This document shows, in pieces, positions 53,423 through 64,000 of a DNA stretch of 64,000 bases. The DNA is taken from assembly GCF_006345805.1 (NCBI RefSeq), contig NC_043000.1, positions 68,634,001-68,698,000 on the forward strand. Reading direction: 5' to 3'. Under the pieces are notes generated by a model. It was not told the origin of the DNA. It saw only the letters and a program-made list of their open reading frames with translations, and searched no databases. Both the position numbers and the translations under genes were made by a program. Numbering within the stretch: the first letter of the stretch is position 1; the number at the start of each line of letters is the position of its first letter. This DNA comes from Octopus sinensis (lineage: Eukaryota).

Positions 53423-54779
53423 TATATATATAAACCTAAATATCTTAGATATGTGTCGGCCAAAAGTTGGCCCAGGCCATGTTTAACTTACTAGGATAGG
53501 ATCTGTTAAGTTATTTTTAAGTCAAGTTTTGTGGTATCATGGTTCATGGAAGCGGGGAGTTGTTACTGACTGAGATTTATCCAGGTATAGGTGGTTTATC
53601 TGGTACCTCTTAAACACACACACACATGCACACACACTATATTTGATCCCATTTTTCTTGATTCTGTAAAAATTTAGTATTCTGTGAAAGTATGGGATTA
53701 TGAAAGAAAATCTTTCCGCCGTATGTATGCTTGTAACCAGCAGTATATTTCTCGGGATAAGTTGTTTGAAAAATTATCCAGTGTCTTGTTTTCGATTTTG
53801 TATGTTGCTGCGCTTACGATTTTGATATCGCTACATAAATCTTTATAGATTTATATAGTCTTAAAAATATATACTGGGGGAAAAAACCTTAACCTAATCC
53901 TGTTTTGATCGTTTTCAAGTGTTTCATGACTTAAAATAAATCCTATCTCGTTCATATAATACAATTACAATTCTTAACTTTCATCTGGATTTACAGGAAA
54001 CTACATAAAATTCTAATTACCAACTCGGACTGTGAATACTGTGTATATAACTTTAGTTTGGAGATAATCGTACTGAGAATAATGTTCTCTACTTAGCTTT
54101 GAAGAAAGATCATTAAGAGTATTTATTCTACAGTTATAAATCCTTTAATACCTTTCACGAGAACATCGATAGCTATCTTCTTACCTTGGCTACGGGGCTC
54201 AAATAAGGAATGCGTGTGTCTAATCAGGCAAGATACAACCGCCGGACAGATAAGTACTGAATTCTTGATTAATGTTTAATGAGATGTGTGAATCTATTAT
54301 ATTCAAGAAACAAATGGGGTTGGAATGTGGTGTGGGAGAGAATTGTGTCAAGTCATAGAAATTCTTAAAAGTAAGTCTCCGTGATCCAAGTCCATAAGTC
54401 AGTAGCTTCCCCGGGGTCGCCATTTCATCTTACGTTGTTAATATTTTGGAGTAAAATATGAACGTCTTACAATATTTCTTGTCTCACAGAAAGCCCAAAG
54501 TTGTTGATATAAACTCATCATCATCATCAGTTGTAGTCGGAGTGACAGCATAGTTTGCAAGTTTGCAATTATATTTTAAAGCTATTTTTACAAACGGCAT
54601 CATTTAACGAAGAATAGATACTAACAAAAGATGATGCATGAGAAAGGGAGAGAGATACGGAGATAGAGAGAGAGACAGAGACAGACAGACAGACAGACAG
54701 ACAGAGGCAAATAGAGATGTAGACAGACCGACAGACAGACAGAGGCAGATAGACAGACAGAAAGGTGGAGTGAGAGAGT

Positions 54780-54822
<43 letters not shown>

Positions 54823-54851
54823 TACGCATATATAAATACCATTCACATATA

Positions 54852-55187
54852 GGCGCAGGAGTGGCTTTATGATAAGTAGCTTGCTTACCAACCACATGGT
54901 TGCGGGTTCAGTCCCACTGCGTGGCACCTTGGACAAGTGTCTTCTTCTATAGCCTCGGGCCGACCAAAGCATTGTGAGTGGATTTGGTAGACTGAAACTG
55001 AAAGAAGCCCGTCGTATATATGTTTGTATGTCTGTGTTTGTTTACGTTCCCGTAACTTAGCGGTTCGGCAAAAATAAGTACTAAACTTACAAAGAATAAG
55101 TCCTGGGTTCGATTTGTTTCGACTAAAGGCGGTACTCCAGCATGACCGCAGTCAAATGACTGAAACAAATTAAAAAATAAAAGAATA
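54852..55187 (+). mobile_element. SINE family B copy
   Basis: ggcgcaggagtggc..ggttcagtcccactgcgtggcaccttggacaagtgtc..gactgaaacaaat. Confidence 0.9.
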
Positions 55188-55491
55188 TACAGTTATGTAG
55201 ACACGATTATACAAACATATCACCCATAATATATCCTAAGTTTGCATGAGTTAGTAGTAGTAGTAGTAGTAGTAGTAGTAGCAGTAGTAGTAGTAGTAGT
55301 ATAGGTAATTGCTTGTGGTGCATTTTCTGAATGCACAGCAATATGCTGCAAGCACTCCCGATAACTCGCACCCAACTGTAAACTTTGAAACATCCCCCAA
55401 AGATGATAGTATCCGGTTGTGGAAGATCAAAGAGACGGTGTACTCAATAAAGATTGATTTCATTAGTGGAATGTCGAAACTAATAGAAGAA

Positions 55492-55492
55492 A

Positions 55493-55540
<48 letters not shown>

Positions 55541-55762
55541 AAAATAAAAGAAAGAAAGGAGGGAAGAAAGAAAGAAATATAGATAACACCGCCATCACTA
55601 CGGCGACAATGACGAAGAAGAAGAAGAAGCAGAAGCAGCAGCAGCAGCAGAAGAAGAAGAAGAAGAAGAAGAAGAAGAAGAAGAAGAAGAAGAAGAAGAA
55701 GAAGAAGAAGAAGAGAAGAAGAAGAAGAAGAAGAGAAGAAGAAGAAGAAGAAGAAGAAGAAG
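55492..55762. repeat. (GAAA)n and (GAA)n purine tracts
   Basis: Direct reading. Confidence 0.92.
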
Positions 55763-56713
55763 AGGGACGTAAAATAGTTTTTTTTTTTTTTCCTTTTTAC
55801 CTGAATCGATTCTTTCCATCTTGAATCTGTGTTACTGGATAAAGTATGACAAGGAGTAGGGGCGGAAATGCACTAAGCAGGATAACACCCGCAGATATTT
55901 CATCGGGCTGAATCAGCGCTGACTTCATAATATTTTTGTTGAGTTTGATGTTTATTAGCGCCAGGTCAGCAATGAAAGAGTAGACCTATTATCAAATGCA
56001 TTTAAACCGCGATCTAGTTGGATGCCATGACGAAAATATGACTGCTTTTTCTAGTAAGCTGATTGGCCTAGTAAAGGCTGTGCCTTTCTGCGTGTCTTAG
56101 TAATTCATTCTATAAACAATTTTATTTTTCTACTGCAGCGGCTGTACTTTCTTCTACTTTTACTTAATGATTCTCGTATCGTTACTTCTGCAATTCCTGT
56201 GAAGAGTATACTTCACTGATAAAGTCATAATAAGATCAAAACATGCCCGTAGATTTCCCCGTACTTGTAAAAGTCATTAAAATTATATAAATCAATATTC
56301 AATGGATTTTTCAGTGAAATAACCAGAAGTAAAATGTGAAAGTAATGAAGGTTAAAAATAAAATAGAAAGAATGGTAACGAGGACAGCATACTAGGAAAG
56401 AAGTGTCAGTGAATTTCATATTATTTCATTTTCATTAAGTGTTGCGGATATAGCAGCTGAAATAGCACACCACTTCAAGACAATATTTCCAGCAACTAAA
56501 ACCAAAGAGAAAATTATTCCGTGACTTCGACATTTCGAGAAAGCGATGTCCTGTTCACGTTATATCTTGTACGAACACATATGAAGTAATAAGTTCAGCA
56601 ATCATGAATACATATCCACGAATCTTATTTGCTTTATAAAAGACTGTAGCATGTAATCTTTTGTTTATTGAGAATTATATTACAACAAATCAGGCATGAT
56701 TGTGTGGTAAGAA

Positions 56714-57135
56714 GGCGCAGGCGTGGCTCTATGGTAAGAAGCTTGCTTCTCAACCACATTGTTCCGGGTTCAGTCCCACTGCATGACACATTTAGGCAAG
56801 TATCTTCAATTATAGCCTCGAGCCTTCTAAAGCCTTGTGAGTGGATTTGGTACTCGGAAACTGAAAGAAGCCTGTCATATATATATGTATATATTTATAC
56901 GTGTGTGTCTCTGTGTCTGTGTTTGACTCTCCGTCATCGTTTGGCAACCGATGTTGGTGTGATTACGTGTCCAAAACTAAGCAGTTCGGCAAAGAGACCG
57001 ATAGGATAAGTACTAGGCTCACAAAGAATAGAATAAGTCCTGAGGCCTATTTCTTCGACTAAAAAAAACGTTTAAGGTGGCGCTCCAGCATGGCCGCAGT
57101 CAAAGGACTGAAACAAGTAAAAGAATAAAAGAATA
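56714..57135 (+). mobile_element. SINE family B, full length
   Basis: Head, CORE-like body, microsatellite and tail are all present; a partial duplicate of the head lies at ~56690-56713. Confidence 0.9.
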
Positions 57136-57559
57136 TTGTCAATTGACAAAATGGCACATGCTTTACTCTGAAGAATGGTGAAGGAGATCACAGAAAGAGT
57201 CATTTCATTTGGCAACGCTCCTTTCTGCACATACAATCTTTGCCCCTATCAAGGTGAGCAAGGAGGTGGTTCGCGGGCTAAGAGTTACTTTGGGATAACT
57301 ATAGAGAATACTCCTGTTATTGAGCACATACATAAGTATGTTTTCAATAACAGCAGTATTCTCTATATTCCTTCCAGTGCAGACCTGCCGCAATAGAAAA
57401 CAATACTTTTTGGAAGTAGCAGCTGCTTACTTTATATCTTCAATAAAAATGTAACAGAATCAACGTTTTCGCTCACATCTTAGTTTTACTGCCTCTTTTG
57501 TTCATGCTCTTAGACTGCAGAAACATAACTTTCGAAATGTGAAATGATGTAACAATATC

Positions 57560-57921
57560 TTTTATCTTTTCCTTTGCTTGTTCAAACATTAGACTGTGGT
57601 GGCTATGCTGGGGCACCGAATTAGGGAATTATTAGTCCACTGTATCGACCCTAGTACTTATTTTTCTTAAAGCCTGATAATTATTCTATCGGTTACTTTT
57701 GCCGAACTGCCAAGTTACAGAGACATAAGCACACTATCAACGGTCGTAGGGGACAAACACAGACACAAAGATACACACACACACACACATAAATATATAC
57801 GACCAGCTTTTTTCAGTTTCTGGTCTACCAAATCCACTCACAAAGTTTTGGTTGGCACCGAAGTGCCTTGCTGTGAGACTGAACCCTGAGCCATGTGTTT
57901 GGGAAGCTAAATTCTTACCAT
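57560..57921 (-). mobile_element. SINE family B copy, inverted relative to 56714
   Basis: Reverse complement of consensus. Confidence 0.82.
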
Positions 57922-57984
57922 TCCTTCGGTATGCATAACTTTATTTGTAGGTATAAGTTTTTCTAATCCAGTAATTCCGGAGCT

Positions 57985-58340
57985 GTATGGAAGATCATCA
58001 CTACCAGTTCACATGATCTTGTTCTCTACATTTCTGATCACTTGACTGATGTATTTATTTTTGCGTCTGTTGTCGAATAGATGTTGCTTAAGAGATATTA
58101 CACGGCGTTCAATGTCTGTCTGTCTGACAGATTTTAATCCTCTCTTCCCGCTCTTTTCTCTGACATAAACAACATCACCGCTTCTGTAGAAACTTTCAGC
58201 TGATGTCAAGATATCTATGGAACGAAATTCCTCTACGGACCAATCCAGTAAACAGAGGTACTGCATGTGTATTGTGAAATATCGTCTTGCAAGCTCCGAC
58301 TGTCATATTTATTGCAAGTTAAATATTCTTTGGTCACAAG
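57985..58340 (-). mobile_element. R4/Dong-like LINE #3, internal fragment
   Basis: LVTKEYL..LLDWSVEEFRSID..GDVVYVREKSGKRGLKSV..VISLKQHL; homologous to the 5' part of #2; 5' junction abuts (TATG)n at 58341-58406. Confidence 0.78.
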
Positions 58341-58523
58341 TATGTATGTATGTATGTATGTATGTATGTATGTATGTATGTATGTATGTATGTATGTATG
58401 TATGTATATATGTATGTATGCATGTATGTATGCATGCATGTGCGTGCGTTTGTGTGTGTATGTATGTATGCATGTGTGTGCGTGCGTTTGTGTGTGTTTG
58501 TGTGTGTGTGTGTTTGTGTGTGT

Positions 58524-58600
<77 letters not shown>

Positions 58601-58732
58601 ATGCGCGCGCGTATTTCGTCAATATGTATTGGCGAAAGATATAAACAACGATAAGGAAACGGAAAACCAGTGTTTTCCAAAATATCCAACATGATATTTG
58701 TTCTATCTTTGGTTAGTTGAAAAACCTGTAAC

Positions 58733-58965
58733 CAGGGCCGGTTTTAAACCAATTAGATAGATTTGTTCAAACTGGGCCCCGCACACAGGTTCCAGCAGAG
58801 GATGCTATAATTGTGGCTAACGGTGGAATCTCAAGCCCTCAACGCTTTTTGGCTGGGACTGGTGTACTACACGAAGCATAAAATACCAATCTTCAGCGTT
58901 TGTAGAGTAGAGAGCCCCACTGACAATTCTCTAATTGTGCCCCACTCTTCCAAGCGCCGGCTCTG
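58733..58965. mobile_element. Complete hAT-type MITE, 233 bp
   Basis: Perfect 8-bp TSD cctgtaac (58725-32 / 58966-73); TIR cagggccggt vs rc cagagccggc (8/10). Confidence 0.8.
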
Positions 58966-59741
58966 CCTGTAACCATCTAAGCTATTGTTCAAAAACTGCC
59001 AAGAAAGAAAATGTGAAACGTAGTTGTCTTACATTTCTTCTGATATTTATCGTTTACTGGTATTCGCTCATCAGTGTCTATAACATAAGTATATTAACAG
59101 AAATCTTTGTGGGAGTACATATTCTATCTATATGTCTCCCCCCAAATTATAATTTGCCTAGTGCTTTACTTTATCGATCTCGAATGGATGAAAGTTAAAG
59201 GTAACTCCAGCGAGTTTTGTTATTGGGTCACATCTACAGTGATGGATTGATCACAGGTGCTTGATCGACGGACAAAATGTTTGTAGTTAAACACTTTTTT
59301 ACTGCGGAACGAAATCTTCTCCTTTTCTTGTTCTTGCTCCCCACCATAACACTGCTCCTTGCCTCCCCACCTTCCTCTATATCTACTATTCGTATCTCAT
59401 CTACAGCTAATACTCCAACTTAATCCGCTCAACAATTTAGCCTCTTTACGTTTATTTTTGCATTCTCTTTTCGCTTTTTCCTGTATGTATCTGAGATAAC
59501 ATTCAGGCAGGTCCTGTAGTTAGAAAGTTCTTAAACTTCCATCAGCTTACCCAGAAAGGAACCTACATCTATACATGTGTCAACACGGTTCTATTGGCAT
59601 GTCGGAGGGATGAAAAATACACAAAAGGTAATACACACACACACACACACACATACACACACATACATGCATGTATACGTAAATTCATACATATATATAT
59701 ACAGATGTAATATACGTAATATTTATACATTTACATACATA

Positions 59742-60123
59742 TCTCTCTCTATATAAACGGCAGTTTGTCTGTGCGTGTTTCTGTGCGTCTGTTTGCTTGT
59801 ACCCTCACCCTGACCACGGCTTTCAACTGATTCTGATGAAACTTGACACACACATAGCCCAATGTCATAATTCAAAACTAACGCAGCGAAAATTTTGAAA
59901 AGTTCCCCCAGTTCTCAAAAAAATCGATAAATTCGACATGAGGTCGAGAATCAGAAACACAAACCATAAACTGTCTAGGAGACGCAACTCCACCATTTTT
60001 AACTAAAAAAAAAATTACCATCATTTTTTTCCTTTTTTTTGCTATTTTTTGGCTATAACTCTCTAAAAATGCTTTATAGTTATTTCCCTTACAAACCTAA
60101 GCAACGCCGGGCGATACTGCTAG
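59742..60123 (+). mobile_element. Complete non-autonomous Helitron, 382 bp
   Basis: A|TC start, CTAG|T end, no TSD; subterminal gcaacgccgggcgatactgc GC-rich segment; 5' tctctctctatataaacggcag..gtctgt. Confidence 0.85.
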
Positions 60124-60144
60124 TCTATATACAGAGAGACATTA

Positions 60145-60224
<80 letters not shown>

Positions 60225-61554
60225 TATATTATATAGATTGCTAGATAGATAGACAGACAGACATACAGACAGACAGAGGGAGAGAGAGAGAGAGAATAAA
60301 GGAGGTGAAAGGGAGAATATGAGAGAGCGCAAAGACAAAACTCATACGCGTGCGCACACATATACGCACACAACTTGTATTCCCTTAGATTTTTATGTTT
60401 ACGAAATTCTTGTTTGAACGACATTATTTTCAAAGCGGTTGTCCCGTCTCCCCATTTCTCTTTCCCTTACTTTTCGTTACTTTTTCTTTCTCATTTTCTT
60501 TCTTTCCTTCTGTCCTTTCTTTCTATTATCTGTCTTTCTTCATTCCTCATTCTCCTTTCTTTCAGTTATTTTCTTCTACTACACTCACCTTCTCACCCAC
60601 TTTTTCTCGGATATGCTCTCCTTCAACTTTCTCCACCTTCACCTCCATCTCTCTTAGATATTTTTTTCCCCGTACTCCGCTCCTTCTCCGTCTACACTCC
60701 TCTGTCTACTAAACACACTCTCTCTCTCTCTCCTTCTCTTCCTCTCTCCCTCCTCTCTCTCTTTCATCCACACTCGCTTGCTCTCAACCCTGTTCGCACT
60801 ACCCCTCTATTTCCTATCCTTTCTCTCTAGCCACTAGATATTGTTACTTTCGGAAGCACTTTCAGTTCAAAAGAACTAGAACTGGGTAAACTTTACTCCC
60901 GTTTTTCTTTTCTTTTTCTTTCGTCCTTTTCTTTTTTTCTATCGTTCAGAGCAAAGTAAATTGCGAATGTTTTCTCGTTTTGATCATCATCGCCGTCGTC
61001 GTCATCATCATCAGCTGCTGCTGCTGCAACACTCACCATCATCACTCCATCACCGTTAGCAAAGACAGCAGCAGCAGTAGCAGCAGCAGCACCACCACCA
61101 AAACCATTACCCTGCCACCATTACCACCAAAACCGAATCTAGTTAAATTCATTCACAAAATCAACCCCCTTTAATTTTGCTCAGATTGTTTTCAATTTTG
61201 ATGTATCGATGCAATTCTGAATTTTAATTTCGCTCAACCAATCACTTTGTCTTGTAAATTAAAGAATTTGATGTTATTTGGAACTGAAGTTGGGAAAAAT
61301 TGGGTAAGTTTAGCCTATCAACAGACAGCGTGGCATTAACAGCTTGTTACTATGCCGACCGCATGTTGTGTTGTGTTTCACTTTATCCGTACCTTGTTTT
61401 GTGTTGATTCTTCACACCACGAGATTCACTTCACTCGCGTGTTTTGTTTTAATAAAAATTTATATTTATCAATTAGATATTTTTCATCAACTGTCTTAAT
61501 ATTTTACATATTTTTTTGTGTTTTTATTTTTGTTCTTATCCACATTGAAGCCAT

Positions 61555-61745
61555 TTAATTGTACCACTCTGAAGGAGATTTTGAAAACAGAAGTGGATGC
61601 AGTAAATTATTTGCAAGAAAACGGTGTTATCCCTACCAAAAAAAAAAGTGCAGTAAATCTAGGCACAACATGAGCAAGAAAGCGGTTCGTGGGAATTTGT
61701 ATTAGCGGTACACTCGCAATGTTTGCAACAAATGCCGGTCAGTTT
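61555..61745 (+). mobile_element. Probable Merlin (ISXO2/IS1016-like) transposase N-terminal zinc-ribbon relic
   Basis: FNCTTLKEILKTEVDAVNYLQENGVIP..(frameshift in poly-A) KCSKSRHNM..LY*RYTRNVCNKCRSV; single substitutions restore C-x2-C..M..WRC-x4-C..SV. Confidence 0.45.
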
Positions 61746-61805
61746 AAACCCAGGTCAGGCCAGAATGAGCCATTCGGTATTTTTATTGAAGATGTAGGAC
61801 AACAT

Positions 61806-61919
<114 letters not shown>

Positions 61920-62007
61920 TATGTACACACACACACATACGCACTCGCACATACATATGCACACACGCACATACACACACAAAGAAGCCCGTCATGTATA
62001 TGTATAT

Positions 62008-62093
62008 ATACGACTTCTTCTTTCAGTTTCCGTCCAACAAATCCACTCACAAGCCTTTGGTTGGTCCGGTGCCGCACGGTGGGACTGAACCTA
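62008..62093 (-). mobile_element. SINE family B fragment
   Basis: ttctttcagtttccgtccaacaaatccactcacaagcctttgg..gtgggactgaacc. Confidence 0.82.
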
Positions 62094-62882
62094 AGTCCAC
62101 TCAGTTGGTTAACGTCGAGAGCAACATTTATACAAAAGTTTACATTCCTATTGCATTTACTACTCCAGCTTCCTTCCAATAATAGAGGTGTTTTATTACA
62201 GTTACTCTCATATTTTTCTCTACCAGACATGAATCTAAAGAAGAAATGATACATTGAGTCAGACAGGCCCAATCTTTTGTTTGCTAACACTTCTCTAGTT
62301 GCTCGAGCTTTTATGTATTTATTTATTTATTTACCGTCTACTGTCAGTGTCAGGTTTATGTAGTACACCAGCAACCACTTAACTTATAACTTTATAGAAA
62401 CAAATAGGATGTTTCGCATTCGGTATGTTGGTGCATACAGTTATATTTCATATTGCTACGGCCTTCTCTTCGAACTATGACTTCAGCTAGTTTGCACCAG
62501 TGGCTGGATATTATGTAATTGTCTCTCTGACGGTTAAACTTTATGAAGGGTGATAACAGGGAAATTATTGCTTTTCAACCTCCCATCTCTTGCGTGTCGA
62601 AGTTTTGTGGCGATTAATACTCCTATCTAAACATTGCTTTTTAAAGTTACCAAAACAAATACTGCCTTTTGTTTGGAAACCTAAATAGAACGAAGTGATC
62701 GTTAAACAGAGGCATTTCTCCTTAGCTTTATAGATGGCTATCGAATACACTGATGCGGCGTTGTTGAAGTGTTCTCACCTTCCTCGGTACATTAGTGGTA
62801 TAAATGAAGAGAAATAAATTATTGAACTGATTGCTTTGGTCTGAAGTTCTTTGATTATATTCCTCAGGACCAAAGTTATCTT

Positions 62883-63114
62883 ATTTCTTTATTGCCCACA
62901 GGGGGCTAAACATAGAGAAGACAAACAAGGACAGACAAAGGGATTAAGTCGATTAGATCTACCCCAGTACGCAACAGGTACTTAATTTATCGACCTCGAA
63001 AGGATGAAAGGCAAGTCGACCTCGGCGGAATTTGGACTCAGAACGAAAAGACAGACGAAATACCTCTAAGCATTTCGCCCGGCATGCTAACGTTTCTACC
63101 ATCTCGCCGCCTTC
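62883..63114 (-). mobile_element. SINE family A (A2 tail)
   Basis: Close to consensus. Confidence 0.9.
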
Positions 63115-63502
63115 AGAACCAAAGCCATCTACTGAGTTATAAATCACTCATCTGTCTTCCCCACCCCTTTACTTTGCTTCTTTCCCTCTTTGTTACTTTT
63201 TCTCCACACCCTCCATCATTTCTCAGACAGTCGCCATCATAAATACTAATATTGAGTTACATCTTTTTCCATCTCTACAGAATCATCTTTCAACTAGCGA
63301 CATCTATCGCGCCTCTTGCAAATAATACTACTCGAACTAGCCAGTAGATTCCCTTCTCATTTCCACTGTATATTCTTTACCCGAAATAGAAGTCACACCT
63401 TTTCTATTTTTTAGTTTTTAAGAGACCACCTAATATATAAAACATAATTCCTGCAAATGTGAATGTCGTAGTTCTTATCTTAGTGGGGAAATACAACAAC
63501 AA

Positions 63503-63507
63503 CAACA

Positions 63508-63560
<53 letters not shown>
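63503..63560. repeat. (AAT)n microsatellite
   Basis: Direct reading. Confidence 0.95.
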
Positions 63561-63561
<1 letters not shown>

Positions 63562-64000
63562 GGTAAAGAAAACATACTTCAATACTCTATTACTGTGCTA
63601 ACCATCCAACCTTTTGTTTTTAGTCCTCGTACCAAAACAGTAACAGTCACAACATCAAACAGAACAGCAATAACAATGACACCAACAAAACAAGATATCA
63701 ATAATACTCCAGAATGATGGATTCCACTGTACGTTAAAATTTCCCAAACGAACGTTTTATCAAGATTAGATCTGAGAGAAGTCATCTTATTTAATCGGAG
63801 ATGACAGATGTGAAATCAATACTGGACATTTATCTCTCCCAACTCTAATACAATTGTTGGTAAAGTTGATAGGGCTCTCTGACAACAAGAAGAGAAACAC
63901 TATCACCATTGCTGCTATCTTCGTCGTTTTGCCTACATCGTCCCTCATCGTTTGTCACAACAACTGTCATCATACTACTGCTGTGTCGCAGTGACCAAGA

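Overview
Eukaryotic, AT-rich, microsatellite-dense DNA made mostly of transposable-element relics. The SINE families look like those I recognise from Octopus (inference; not checkable here). No host protein-coding gene can be supported: the ORF-track entries I could interpret are microsatellite translations or decayed TE coding sequence, and the rest show no recognisable domain. Contents: two Tx1/L1-type LINE fragments; five R4/Dong-like and one HERO-like restriction-like-endonuclease (RLE) LINE fragments; two Penelope-like elements (PLEs) with GIY-YIG domains plus several PLE-type terminal repeats; mariner, Tc1, hAT-MITE, Helitron and probable Merlin relics; about 30 SINE copies; a 555-bp element repeated three times in a (TTA)n array; and a near-identical 932-bp tandem duplication. 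Most notable patterns: (1) seven hammerhead-ribozyme motifs with stem covariation, mostly on short repeats ending in (TA)n, including a 740-bp foldback carrying one in each arm; (2) R4/Dong-like LINE fragments repeatedly joined to (ACAT)n; (3) a PLE GIY-YIG domain split by an in-frame 128-codon Ser/Asn insertion; (4) two 5'-truncated LINEs joined head-to-head by a 39-bp filler identical to sequence 1.6 kb away. All alignments, identities and folds were done by eye; SINE boundaries are approximate.
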